Sequence record: MN695334.1
Direction: 5' to 3' (one strand)
DNA: 64,000 nucleotides
Part shown: in pieces, positions 1-9,272 of the stretch
Layout of the letters: each line of letters begins with the position of its first letter
Numbering within the stretch: the first letter of the stretch is position 1
The notes under the pieces: model-generated
What the model saw: the letters and a program-made list of their open reading frames with translations, nothing else
Database searches by the model: none
Told to the model about the DNA's origin: nothing
Position numbers and translations under genes: made by a program

Positions 1-210
1 GTAAATACAAATCTATTAATTCTAGATGAAATTCTTGATGGCTCTATGGATGCTGAGGGAATCTCATTGTTTCTGGCAATTATTCGCAAAGAAATGAAGA
101 GTAAGAATATCTTTATGATATCGCATAGAGATAACATAGATGACAAGTTTGACGTTGTTATTAATTTTAAAAAAATAGGTCATTTTACATCTAAAGAACG
201 GATTAACTAA
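1..210 (+). CDS. gp46: Recombination endonuclease ATPase subunit (gp46/SbcC-like), C-terminal fragment; truncated by window start
   Basis: Frame 1 reads VNTNLLILDEILDGSMDAEG...IFMISHRDNIDDKF...GHFTSKERIN*: Walker B LILDE, D-loop and H-loop SH. Confidence 0.9.
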   Translation, partial: VNTNLLILDEILDGSMDAEGISLFLAIIRKEMKSKNIFMISHRDNIDDKFDVVINFKKIGHFTSKERIN

Positions 211-318
211 ATAATAGTGCCTGAATTAGTTCGCGCTTAACAGGTGGGGAGATTTATTTCTCCTCTCTATTAATAAAATTTTCTAAATATAAATAGCGAA
301 CTAATTTAGAGCAGAAAA
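208..318 (+). promoter_or_regulatory. Late promoters and structured leader of endonuclease gene
   Basis: TAAATA 208-213 and TATAAATA 288-295; perfect 11-bp inverted repeat AATTAGTTCGC 224-234 / GCGAACTAATT 296-306; inner hairpin 246-265. Confidence 0.7.
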
Positions 319-1404
319 ATGGTCAAGCAAAGTCCACGTATCTACGTATACAAAATTACGTTTGAAGAAGTCCAGTACTATTACTACGGATTTCATAAGG
401 AAAAGAAATTTGGTGAGTATTATATGGGCTCACCAGTTGTAAATAAATGGGTTTGGGAATACTATACTCCGAGGATACAGATTTTACAAGTTTTTGATTT
501 TACCGACGAGGGGTATAAACAAGCCAAAGAAATAGAAAATAGACTGATTAGACCTTTTTATAATACGGATCCCCTTTGTTTGAATGAACGATGTGGTGGT
601 AATTATTCACTAAAAATTTGTAGAGAGAACGGTAAAAAATCGGGACAGAAAACTTATGAACTGGGTATAGGAATTCATCGATTTTCTTCTGAAGAAAAAA
701 GTGAAGCTGGTAAAAAAGGAGGAAATACGAATAAACAAAATCGCACTGGAGTTTGTGGACTAACTCTAGATCAAAGAATTGAAGCCGGTAAAAAAGGAGG
801 AAAAATAAGTGGGGAAAAAACATATGAACTTGGTATAGGAGTTCACGGGAGATCTAAAGAACAAATGTCCAAAGATGGTAAAAAAGCTGCTCAAAAATGC
901 AAAGAACTTGGCGTTGGAATTTATGAACTAACTTTTGAGCAAAAAAGTGAAATTGGTAAAAAAGCTGCCGAAACAAATAAGAAAAATGGTACCGCACTTT
1001 TTTCAATGACTTCAGAAGAAAGAAGTGGAGCTGGTAAAAAGGGAGCACAGACAAATAAAGAAAATGGAACTGGTATTTATGGGATGACTTTTGATCAAAA
1101 AAGTGAAGTGGGTAAAAAAGCGGCCCAGACAAATAAAGAAAATAGAACTGCAATTTTTGCAATAACTCCAGAAGAAAGAAGTAAAATTGGTAAAAAAACG
1201 GGACAAAAAAATAAAGAAAATAAAACTGGTGTTTGTGGACAGTCCCAAGAAAAAATGAGTGAAAATGGCAAAAAAGCATCTAAAATTACCAACTCACAAA
1301 AATGGCAATGTAATGTGACTGGATTTATATCAAATGCTGGTCCACTTTCAAGATATCAAATAAAAAAAGAAATTAGTACTTCAAATAGAAGTCGAATTCA
1401 GTAG
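319..1404 (+). CDS. Free-standing GIY-YIG (Seg-like) homing endonuclease with about 8 tandem 26-aa C-terminal repeats
   Basis: N-terminal IYVYKITF...YYYGFH...YMGS, E..IENRLI and LNERCGG; repeats of GKK(A/G)xQTNKENxTGxxxxTxE(Q/E)xS; paralog at 61670. Confidence 0.8.
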   Translation: MVKQSPRIYVYKITFEEVQYYYYGFHKEKKFGEYYMGSPVVNKWVWEYYTPRIQILQVFDFTDEGYKQAKEIENRLIRPFYNTDPLCLNERCGGNYSLKICRENGKKSGQKTYELGIGIHRFSSEEKSEAGKKGGNTNKQNRTGVCGLTLDQRIEAGKKGGKISGEKTYELGIGVHGRSKEQMSKDGKKAAQKCKELGVGIYELTFEQKSEIGKKAAETNKKNGTALFSMTSEERSGAGKKGAQTNKENGTGIYGMTFDQKSEVGKKAAQTNKENRTAIFAITPEERSKIGKKTGQKNKENKTGVCGQSQEKMSENGKKASKITNSQKWQCNVTGFISNAGPLSRYQIKKEISTSNRSRIQ

Positions 1405-1457
1405 TTAAGTTTGAGAAAAAAGGCCATTTCACTCAAAAATTTGTTATAACCTAAATA
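1401..1457 (+). pseudogene. Vestigial second copy of the gp46 3' end
   Basis: Reads VVKFEKKGHFTQKFVIT* versus gp46 VINFKKIGHFTSKERIN* (157-210); same length, and both stops lie in TAAATA. Confidence 0.75.
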
Positions 1458-1482
1458 TTTAATATTAAAATATAATAAAAAG

Positions 1483-2502
1483 ATGAACTCTAGAATTTTT
1501 TGGGAATTAAATGAAGCCTATCAACTTGGTGTTTGTACTCAGGTTGATGAAGAAGTTCAAATTAAAGAAGTACTCACCGAAGAAGAGCTTGTCGGTATAC
1601 AAGAATGGGTAGAATGTTTGATTGAGGAAGGACATGATCTTGATGAATATACCGACGATGAGCTTTATGAGGCTTATTTGGAGGATCTAGATGAGGCAAA
1701 GGCAGATTCGTCATTGACTCTTCTTCAAAAAATTAGAAAAAGAAATAAAGAAGGAAATTTAGTAATGTCTGCTGGTGATCAAACTGGTGAACGTAGATCA
1801 TATCATAAAGCTGGAAGAGGTGAAAAAAAAGAAAAAGGTGATAAATATGATGCTCAAACTACTGTAGGAAAAGATAAATGGACCAGAGAAGCCGAAGTTA
1901 AAAAAAGCTATGGCTCTCAATATAGTGAAACAGGAAGACGCGAAAGAAATATAAGAGCAATTAAAAGTCAAGAAAAAGTAGGTGGAGCTAAAGGTCTTCC
2001 TGAAGAAGTTGATCTCTATGACATCGTTTCTGAATATCTAGTAACAGAAGGCTTCTGTGATTCACCTGAAGACGCTGATGTGCTTATGGTAAATATGAGT
2101 GAAGAGTGGAGAGAAAGTATTTTAGATGAGGCTGTTAGGGGTTCTGGGAGATCTATTGGGAACATGATCACTGGAAATGATATTCGCTCAGTATCTCGTT
2201 CTGATGGTAAATCTGTATATAAAAAACCAAAACAAAATGACAAAATTGAAACTAATGTAAGAAGAGAAGTTCTGGGTATAAAACTCAGAGCACAGGGAGA
2301 AAAAGAATATAAAAATGATCTGAGAGATCGTGAAAGACAAGCAACTAATTCTAAATCTATAAAAAGATTGAATGCGATAAAAAATGCGGGCGTAAAACAC
2401 GGAGATCATAAGGTAGACTTTACTACAAGTGATTCCAATTCTGGATATAGAGAAGTTCCTACCGACTATCGTGCCCGTAAACGTAGAGCATCAGGTAGGT
2501 GA
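1483..2502 (+). CDS. Late hypothetical protein with alternating acidic modules and basic segments (putative internal head protein)
   Basis: TAAATA at 1452; acidic blocks end in LDEA twice, each followed by a K/R-rich segment; module shared with ORF 13554. Confidence 0.6.
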   Translation: MNSRIFWELNEAYQLGVCTQVDEEVQIKEVLTEEELVGIQEWVECLIEEGHDLDEYTDDELYEAYLEDLDEAKADSSLTLLQKIRKRNKEGNLVMSAGDQTGERRSYHKAGRGEKKEKGDKYDAQTTVGKDKWTREAEVKKSYGSQYSETGRRERNIRAIKSQEKVGGAKGLPEEVDLYDIVSEYLVTEGFCDSPEDADVLMVNMSEEWRESILDEAVRGSGRSIGNMITGNDIRSVSRSDGKSVYKKPKQNDKIETNVRREVLGIKLRAQGEKEYKNDLRDRERQATNSKSIKRLNAIKNAGVKHGDHKVDFTTSDSNSGYREVPTDYRARKRRASGR

Positions 2503-2510
2503 TTTCTAAC

Positions 2511-2539
2511 TTGACAGGATTTTGAAGACATGCTACAAT
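2511..2539 (+). promoter_or_regulatory. Sigma70-type early promoter
   Basis: TTGACA-17 nt-TACAAT with extended TG. Confidence 0.8.
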
Positions 2540-2585
2540 ATTGGTTCTCCCTGCAAGGAGAGCCGATTTTTTATGTGATATTAAT

Positions 2586-2909
2586 ATGAAACCTAATCAT
2601 CTTTGGAAATACAATGAAGATAACATTCTGAAGGATATTGAAGAATATGTAACAAGTACTTATGGTGGCCATTATTGTGGTGAAGACGGAGAGTATGCGG
2701 ATATACAAACTATTGATTTGATGGCAGCCAAGAAATTGGCCTCTGGTTTTTGTCAAGCAAATATTATTAAGTACGGATCAAGATATGGTGAAAAAGATGG
2801 AAGAAACAAACGTGATTTGATGAAAGTCATTCACTATGCAATGCTACTTCTACATTTTGATGGCCATTATTCCCGTAGTAATAACGGACTCAATGAATTC
2901 TCTCGCTGA
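2586..2909 (+). CDS. Conserved T4-like phage protein, DUF3310-like (gp61.1-like)
   Basis: WKYNEDNILKDIEEY...HY...FCQANIIKYGSRYGEKDG...DLMKVIHYAML; start placed at ATG 2586 downstream of the promoter. Confidence 0.7.
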   Translation: MKPNHLWKYNEDNILKDIEEYVTSTYGGHYCGEDGEYADIQTIDLMAAKKLASGFCQANIIKYGSRYGEKDGRNKRDLMKVIHYAMLLLHFDGHYSRSNNGLNEFSR

Positions 2910-2914
2910 TTAAT

Positions 2915-3589
2915 ATGAAATTATCATCTGAAACACTTTCCATTCTTAAGAATTTTTCGGCCATTAACAAGTCTATTCGTGTAAAAATCGGAAATAATCT
3001 TAGGACAATTAAAGTATCAAAAAATGTTCTAGCCGAAGTTCAAATAAAGGAAAAGTTTGAATCTGAGTTTGCTTTATATGATTTAAATCAATTTTTAAGT
3101 AGCTTCAATCTCTTGGAGGATCCAGATTTGGATTTTACAAATGAGTCTTATATGTTACTTAAGGAGGGTAAAAAGACAATAAAATATTTTTATGCTGATC
3201 CGTCAGTAATTGTTTCCCCACCAGATAAAAAGCTTTCTTTGCCGACACAAGATATTACTTTTGTTCTAGATCAAGCACATCTAGATAAAATTATCAAAGC
3301 AAAACAGATCTATCAACTAGATGATCTATCTGTTGTTGGTGACGGCAAAGATATTAAATTGCTTGTGCAGGACAAGAAAAACGATACTTCTAATGAGTAT
3401 TCAATTCTAGTTGGAGAAACCACTGAGAAATTCTGTATGAATTTTAAAATTGAGAATCTACAGCTATTCCCTGGTAGTTATGAAGTTGTAATTTCTAGGA
3501 AGAATATCTCAAAATTTACCCACAAAAAAATGACCCTCACTTATTGGGTCGCAATGGAACCAGACTCAACATTTGAATCAACATCATGA
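2915..3589 (+). CDS. gp45: Sliding clamp
   Basis: MKLSSETLSILKNFSAINKSI, FALYDLNQFL, YFYADPSVI, TYWVAMEPDS; first gene of gp45-44-62-regA block. Confidence 0.95.
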   Translation: MKLSSETLSILKNFSAINKSIRVKIGNNLRTIKVSKNVLAEVQIKEKFESEFALYDLNQFLSSFNLLEDPDLDFTNESYMLLKEGKKTIKYFYADPSVIVSPPDKKLSLPTQDITFVLDQAHLDKIIKAKQIYQLDDLSVVGDGKDIKLLVQDKKNDTSNEYSILVGETTEKFCMNFKIENLQLFPGSYEVVISRKNISKFTHKKMTLTYWVAMEPDSTFESTS

Positions 3590-4521
3590 GTAAGAATTTT
3601 CTATTTGTAGAAAAATATGCATCCAAAAGTGTAGAAGAGTGTATTCTACCAAAATCAATTAAAAAGCTTTTTTTGGGGATCGAAAAGACTGGTAATGTCC
3701 CGAATATGATTTTGGCTGGGCCACCTGGAATAGGTAAAACTAATCTATGTAAGGCACTAGCACATAGCCTAGATCGGGATTTTATGATCATCAATGGATC
3801 CGATGAAAGATCGATTGATGTAATCAGGACCAAGGTAAAAAATTATGCTTCTACAGTATCTCTTTCAAATACTGGTAAAAAAATTCTTCTAATTGATGAG
3901 GGAGATAATCTCACCAATGATTCGCAATTAGCACTGAGAGCCGCTATTGAAGAATTACAACATAACTGTTCCTTTATCTTTACTTGTAACTACAAGAACA
4001 GAATCGATCCGGCATTGCATTCTAGATGTCCAGTGATCGATTTTATGATACCGAATAAAGAAAAACCTGAATTAGCCAAGCAATTTTTTGATAAAATTGT
4101 GTACATCCTAGAACAGGAGAATATAAAGTGTGAAAATGAGAATATCATATCAAAACTACTCATTAAATATTTTCCAGATTTTAGGAGAACATTAAACGTC
4201 TTAGATAAGTATTCCAATAGTGGTCTACTTGATTCATCTATTTTAGCCCAGGCTACGGATATTAAAATATCTGCGTTGTATGGATACTTAAAAAATAAGA
4301 ATTTTACTGAAGTTAGAAAATGGGTTGTTGATAATCTGGATAATGACCCAAACATGATTCTCAGGAAATTCTATGATGGAATTGAAAATGTGATGACTAA
4401 ACATTCCATACCACAAGCTATTTTAATTATACATGATCACATGGGTAAAAATGTTGTGGATAATGAGGTTAATCTAATTGCTTGTTTTATTAAAATTATG
4501 ATTGAATGTGAATGGATTTAA
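3586..4521 (+). CDS. gp44: Clamp loader large subunit (AAA+)
   Basis: FVEKY, Walker A GPPGIGKT, INGSDER, Walker B LIDEGD, ALHSRC. Confidence 0.95.
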   Translation: MSKNFLFVEKYASKSVEECILPKSIKKLFLGIEKTGNVPNMILAGPPGIGKTNLCKALAHSLDRDFMIINGSDERSIDVIRTKVKNYASTVSLSNTGKKILLIDEGDNLTNDSQLALRAAIEELQHNCSFIFTCNYKNRIDPALHSRCPVIDFMIPNKEKPELAKQFFDKIVYILEQENIKCENENIISKLLIKYFPDFRRTLNVLDKYSNSGLLDSSILAQATDIKISALYGYLKNKNFTEVRKWVVDNLDNDPNMILRKFYDGIENVMTKHSIPQAILIIHDHMGKNVVDNEVNLIACFIKIMIECEWI

Positions 4522-4886
4522 AAGACTGGTTAAAATCAATTTACTCAAGTAAACAAGATCTATTGAAGGATTTGGACAATGCGAATCAATACCCTGCTTT
4601 TATTGTCAATCGGATGTTATCTGGAAATATAGATACTGCTCTTTTTGCAAATGAGTTGAACGAGCGTTATACTATGGATAAGGATATGCAATATAAATTT
4701 TTATTGTATGCCATTCCATCCAAAAAAAGATATACGCCATATCTAAAAAAAAGTAAACTTGAAGATCTGGGTGTAATCAAACAGTATTATGGTTATAATA
4801 CTGAAAAAGCTTTAGATGCTCTAAAGTTATTAACTACGGAAGAAATTGAATATATCAAAAAAAAGTTAAGTACCGGAGGAATATAA
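4512..4886 (+). CDS. gp62: Clamp loader small subunit
   Basis: YPAFIVNRMLS, FANELN, QYKFLL, IKQYYGY..EKA; synteny. Confidence 0.9.
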   Translation: MDLKDWLKSIYSSKQDLLKDLDNANQYPAFIVNRMLSGNIDTALFANELNERYTMDKDMQYKFLLYAIPSKKRYTPYLKKSKLEDLGVIKQYYGYNTEKALDALKLLTTEEIEYIKKKLSTGGI

Positions 4887-4916
4887 ATAGTACATAATTA
4901 ATTATTTGAGGATTTT

Positions 4917-5366
4917 ATGAATACATATGAAATGGATGGTCAGTATGTGAAGTGGGTACCCGATTTGATGGTTGAAATAGAGTTGGATACTCCAGATGCT
5001 TTCTTGTTGGCTAAAGAAACACTCACGCGAATCGGTGTTGCATCTAGATATAAAAAAGAACTATATCAAACTGCACATATTTTATATAAAACCGGAAAAT
5101 ATTATTTGATTCATTATAAGTTTGGTTTCTGTTTGGATTCTAGATCTGCTACTATTAGCCAAAATGATCTAGAGAGATTGCATACGATTGCACATCTACT
5201 GGAGCAATGGGGTCTATTGCGTGTTAAAAATCCAGATCAGATCGAAGATAGAGCACCTTTGAATCAAATTAAAATAATTTCATATAAAGAAAAATCCGAA
5301 TGGAATCTAGTTGAGAAATATTCTCTAGGTAATAAGAAGAATAATACTGAACAAGTTAAAAAATAA
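4917..5366 (+). CDS. regA: Translational repressor RegA
   Basis: DAFLLAKETLTRIGVAS, LYQTAHIL, YYLIHYK, IAHLLEQWGL, W.LVEKYSLG. Confidence 0.92.
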   Translation: MNTYEMDGQYVKWVPDLMVEIELDTPDAFLLAKETLTRIGVASRYKKELYQTAHILYKTGKYYLIHYKFGFCLDSRSATISQNDLERLHTIAHLLEQWGLLRVKNPDQIEDRAPLNQIKIISYKEKSEWNLVEKYSLGNKKNNTEQVKK

Positions 5367-5387
5367 TTTTATGAAATTATCTTTGGC

Positions 5388-5416
5388 TTGACAGCCCCAC
5401 AAAAATGTGATACGAT
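5388..5416 (+). promoter_or_regulatory. Sigma70-type early promoter
   Basis: TTGACA-17 nt-TACGAT with extended TG. Confidence 0.8.
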
Positions 5417-5442
5417 GAGGGAGTTCATAGGCTCCTTTTTTC

Positions 5443-5694
5443 ATGGAAATCAAAGTTATATTATTCCCCAATTCAGATCTACTGATCACACAAATAGAAG
5501 AAATTGTACCGGATGAAATAGGGGAACCAAATTGTAGAATGATAGAACCATTTTTGATCAAGGGTGATTACCTTGAGCCATGGTTGATACAATACTCTAA
5601 TCAAAATACATTTATGATACATTCTGATAAGTTTGTAACTATTGCTGTACCCAATCCACCACTACTTGAAAAATATAAAGAACTTATTAAATAA
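5443..5694 (+). CDS. Conserved cyanophage hypothetical protein upstream of DNA polymerase
   Basis: 83-aa ORF, GEPNCRMIEPF...LEPWL...SDKFVTIAVP. Confidence 0.7.
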   Translation: MEIKVILFPNSDLLITQIEEIVPDEIGEPNCRMIEPFLIKGDYLEPWLIQYSNQNTFMIHSDKFVTIAVPNPPLLEKYKELIK

Positions 5695-5695
5695 A

Positions 5696-8188
5696 ATGTT
5701 TTATACTAGTGTCAAACAAATCGGAAATTTTATATATGAAAGAGGGTATGATGATCTAGGTGTTCCGTTTGCAGAAAGAGTTGAATACAAGCCAACTTTT
5801 TATATTACCACTAATAAAAAATCTGATTGGGTCACTTTAGATAATAAATCAGTCACACCCATAAAACCTGGAACAATTAAAGAATGTAGAAATTGGCTAG
5901 AGCAATATAAGGATGTAGATGGCGTATCGATATATGGCCACGAAACTGCGATGTATCAATATATTTCAGGCAAATACCCCGAGGAAATTGAATCTTTTGA
6001 TATTAGCAAAATTAAGCTATACACTCTTGATATTGAAACTACGGCTGAACATGGCGGTATAAACGTTGATGCTTGTTTGGAAGAAATTCTTTTAATCACA
6101 ATTCAGAATTACACAGATAAGAAAACATATACATGGGGCTCTAGACCTTTTGGACTTACTGTAGAAAATAACGTTTACTGTGAGTGCTCCAATGAAGTTG
6201 AACTATTAGAAAAGTTTTTAACTTTTTGGGAGCAAAATTATCCTGATGTATTGACTGGGTGGAATATTACTTTCTTCGATTGTCCTTATCTGGTCAATAG
6301 AATCACAAAGGTTCTAGGTGAAAGAGAGGCAAAAAGACTTTCTATCTGGAAATATATAAAACAAAAAGTTGTAGAAATTAATAATAGAGAGCAAACTACC
6401 TATGAGCTTGTGGGTATTGCGTCCTTGGATCTACTCGATCTATACAAGAAATATTCATTTAAAAAACCTGAAAATCATATGTTGGACACTATTGCCTATA
6501 ATGAACTAGGTGATAGAAAACTGGAACAGGAGTATGAAACCTTTAAGGATAGATATACAAAAGATTGGGATAATTTTGTTCGATATAATATACAAGACTG
6601 TTCTCTTGTTGACAGATTGGAGCAAAAACTTCAATTGATCAACATGTCAATTGATCTTGCATATCAGTCAAAGTCTAACTATGATGATGTTTTTTATCAG
6701 GTTAGGATGTGGGATAACATCATTTACAACTATTTGAAAAAAAAGAATATTGTTATTCCACTAAAAACAAGAAAGAATAAAACTGATAAATTTGCCGGGG
6801 CTTATGTTAAAGAACCTATTCCAGGCAAATATGGTTGGACTGTTTCTATGGACTTGTCGAGTCTATACCCACACATCATGATTAGTTCAAATATCAGCCC
6901 AGAAACCTTAGTGCCTGATGTTTTTCCTGATATTTCAGTAGATAAATTGCTTCAAAAGAAAGTAGATACTTCAATATATCCTGACTATTGCATTTGCCCA
7001 AATGGAGCGATGTTTAGGCGAGATCAGCTTGGGTTCTTTCCTTCTATCTTGTCTGAAATGTTCATGAAACGACAATTTTATAAGGATAAGATGATCGAGG
7101 CTGAAAAACAATATGAGAAAACTAAAAACAAGGACTTGCTTTTTGATATTGCAAATTATCAAGTAAAGCAGTTGAGCCTTAAGGTATGCCTAAATAGTGG
7201 GTATGGTGCAAGTGGAAACCAATACTTTAGATTCTATGAATTAAGGAATGCGGAAGCAGTCACCTTATCTGGCCAATTGGCAATTCGTTGGATCGAGAAT
7301 AAATTAAATTATTATTTTAATAAATTACTAAAGACGGAGAATGTTGATTATGTAATATGTGAAGATACTGATTCCTGCTTTCTTAATGTACAAACATTAG
7401 TTGATAAAATTTTTGAAAATAAAGATCCAGACAAAGAACAAATAGTAAATTTACTGGACAATATATTTTCAACTACAATAAAAGATTATATCGATAATTC
7501 ATATTCAGAATTGTCTGATTATCTCAATTTTTATGTGAATAAATTACACATGAAGCGAGAAAAAATCGCTGATCAATTTTTAATCACAGGTAAAAAGCAC
7601 TACATCATTAATGTTTGGGATAATGAAGGAGTTCGATATTCAGAGCCAAAGATTTCAATTACTGGGCTAGAGGCCGTAAAATCATCTACTCCGGCATACT
7701 GTAGGCAAAAATTCAAAGAGGCTTTTAATGTTCTTATGAATTCTGGTCAAGATGAAATGATTGATTTTATTGCAAGAACCAGAGAAGAATTTAAATCTTT
7801 GACTCCTGAACAAATTTCTTCTCCTAGATCAGTGAACAACTTGACAAAATACAAGAATGGCTCTACACTGTACTCTAAAGGAGCCCCATTGGCTGTTAGA
7901 GGATCTATATTATATAATCACCATATAAAAAGAAATAATCTACAAGACAAATATACCTTAATTAATAATGGCGATAAAATAAAATATTGCTATCTAAAAT
8001 TACCAAATCCAATCATGGAGAATGTAATTAGCTATATTCAAAAGTTTCCGGTTGAATTAAATTTATTAAAATATGTAGATTACGATTTACAGTTTGAAAA
8101 AACTTTTGTTCAGCCATTAAAATCCATATTGGACATTATTAATTGGGAAGTTGAAAAAACAGCAACCTTGGAAGATTTTTTCATCTAA
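5696..8188 (+). CDS. gp43: Family B DNA polymerase
   Basis: ExoI DIETT, ExoII GWNITFFD, DLSSLYP, KVCLNSGYG, DTDS; start placed at MFYTSV (ATG 5696). Confidence 0.97.
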   Translation: MFYTSVKQIGNFIYERGYDDLGVPFAERVEYKPTFYITTNKKSDWVTLDNKSVTPIKPGTIKECRNWLEQYKDVDGVSIYGHETAMYQYISGKYPEEIESFDISKIKLYTLDIETTAEHGGINVDACLEEILLITIQNYTDKKTYTWGSRPFGLTVENNVYCECSNEVELLEKFLTFWEQNYPDVLTGWNITFFDCPYLVNRITKVLGEREAKRLSIWKYIKQKVVEINNREQTTYELVGIASLDLLDLYKKYSFKKPENHMLDTIAYNELGDRKLEQEYETFKDRYTKDWDNFVRYNIQDCSLVDRLEQKLQLINMSIDLAYQSKSNYDDVFYQVRMWDNIIYNYLKKKNIVIPLKTRKNKTDKFAGAYVKEPIPGKYGWTVSMDLSSLYPHIMISSNISPETLVPDVFPDISVDKLLQKKVDTSIYPDYCICPNGAMFRRDQLGFFPSILSEMFMKRQFYKDKMIEAEKQYEKTKNKDLLFDIANYQVKQLSLKVCLNSGYGASGNQYFRFYELRNAEAVTLSGQLAIRWIENKLNYYFNKLLKTENVDYVICEDTDSCFLNVQTLVDKIFENKDPDKEQIVNLLDNIFSTTIKDYIDNSYSELSDYLNFYVNKLHMKREKIADQFLITGKKHYIINVWDNEGVRYSEPKISITGLEAVKSSTPAYCRQKFKEAFNVLMNSGQDEMIDFIARTREEFKSLTPEQISSPRSVNNLTKYKNGSTLYSKGAPLAVRGSILYNHHIKRNNLQDKYTLINNGDKIKYCYLKLPNPIMENVISYIQKFPVELNLLKYVDYDLQFEKTFVQPLKSILDIINWEVEKTATLEDFFI

Positions 8189-8216
8189 AACTATAAAAAT
8201 TAAACAGAGGAATTAA

Positions 8217-9272
8217 ATGGATTTTTTAAACGATGTAATCAAAGTAGTTGGGGGAGAATATACTCGATTAGCTCAGGAAATAGAAGAAGATGAATGTTAT
8301 GTTGATACTGGATCTCTTGTATTGAATGCACTTATAAGTGGAACTCTTTTTGGTGGGGTTTCTTCTAATAAGATTACCACTTTTTCTGGGCTACAGGGTT
8401 CAGGAAAAACTTTCTTTTCTCTTTCAGTCGTAAAGAATTTTTTGGATGATAATCCAAATGGATATTGTTTGTATTTTGATACAGAGGCTGCAGTAACTAA
8501 AAAAATGCTTACCACTAAAGGAATTGATCTTTCTAGGGTAATAGTTCTCAATGTGGTTACTATTGAAGAATTTAGAACAAAAGCACTTAAGGCTGTTGAT
8601 TTATACATGAAAACACCAAAAGAGAATCAAAAACCATGTATGTTTATTCTTGATTCACTTGGAATGCTTTCAACAAATAAAGAAATCAAGGATACACTCG
8701 AAGAAAATGATAAAAAGGATATGACCAAGGCTGGTCTTATTAAGGCCGCATTTAGAATGCTTACTTTAAAATTAGGTCAAGCAAATATTCCTATGATTGT
8801 AACCAATCACATATACGCTAATGTTGGTGGATATGGTCCAAAACAAATACAAAGCGGTGGCTCAGGAATGCTCTACTCGGCTTCAACTATTATTGAATTA
8901 TCTAAGTCTAAAGAAGAAGAAGGTAAAGAGGTTGTTGGTAACATTATCACAGCAAAAACATTCAAGTCTAGATTAAGTAAAGAAAATCAAGAAGTTCAAG
9001 TAAGATTGTATTATGATGCGAGAGGATTGGACAAATACTATGGTTTAGTTGAGCTAGGTGAAGAATCTGGTATTATTCCTAGAATTGGAAATCGATATGA
9101 AATAGATGGAAAAAGGTTGAATAAGAAAGATATTTATAAAAATCCAGAAAAATATTTTGTAGGAGAACTTCTTGAAAAATTGGATAAATATGCACAGAAA
9201 AAATTTAAATATGGTTCTAATATGAATGAAGTAATAGATACAGAAGAGAATGAAATCACTGAAGAAGAATAA
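8217..9272 (+). CDS. uvsX: RecA-like recombinase
   Basis: VDTGS, Walker A GLQGSGKT, YFDTE, ILDSLGML, VTNH, SGGSG..YSAS. Confidence 0.95.
   Translation: MDFLNDVIKVVGGEYTRLAQEIEEDECYVDTGSLVLNALISGTLFGGVSSNKITTFSGLQGSGKTFFSLSVVKNFLDDNPNGYCLYFDTEAAVTKKMLTTKGIDLSRVIVLNVVTIEEFRTKALKAVDLYMKTPKENQKPCMFILDSLGMLSTNKEIKDTLEENDKKDMTKAGLIKAAFRMLTLKLGQANIPMIVTNHIYANVGGYGPKQIQSGGSGMLYSASTIIELSKSKEEEGKEVVGNIITAKTFKSRLSKENQEVQVRLYYDARGLDKYYGLVELGEESGIIPRIGNRYEIDGKRLNKKDIYKNPEKYFVGELLEKLDKYAQKKFKYGSNMNEVIDTEENEITEEE

Noticed and set aside
5642-5695. ORF-track upstream extensions of gp43 and of ORFs 2541, 23427, 41283 and 62944
   Set aside because: They overlap upstream genes or promoters; downstream ATGs fit family N-termini better
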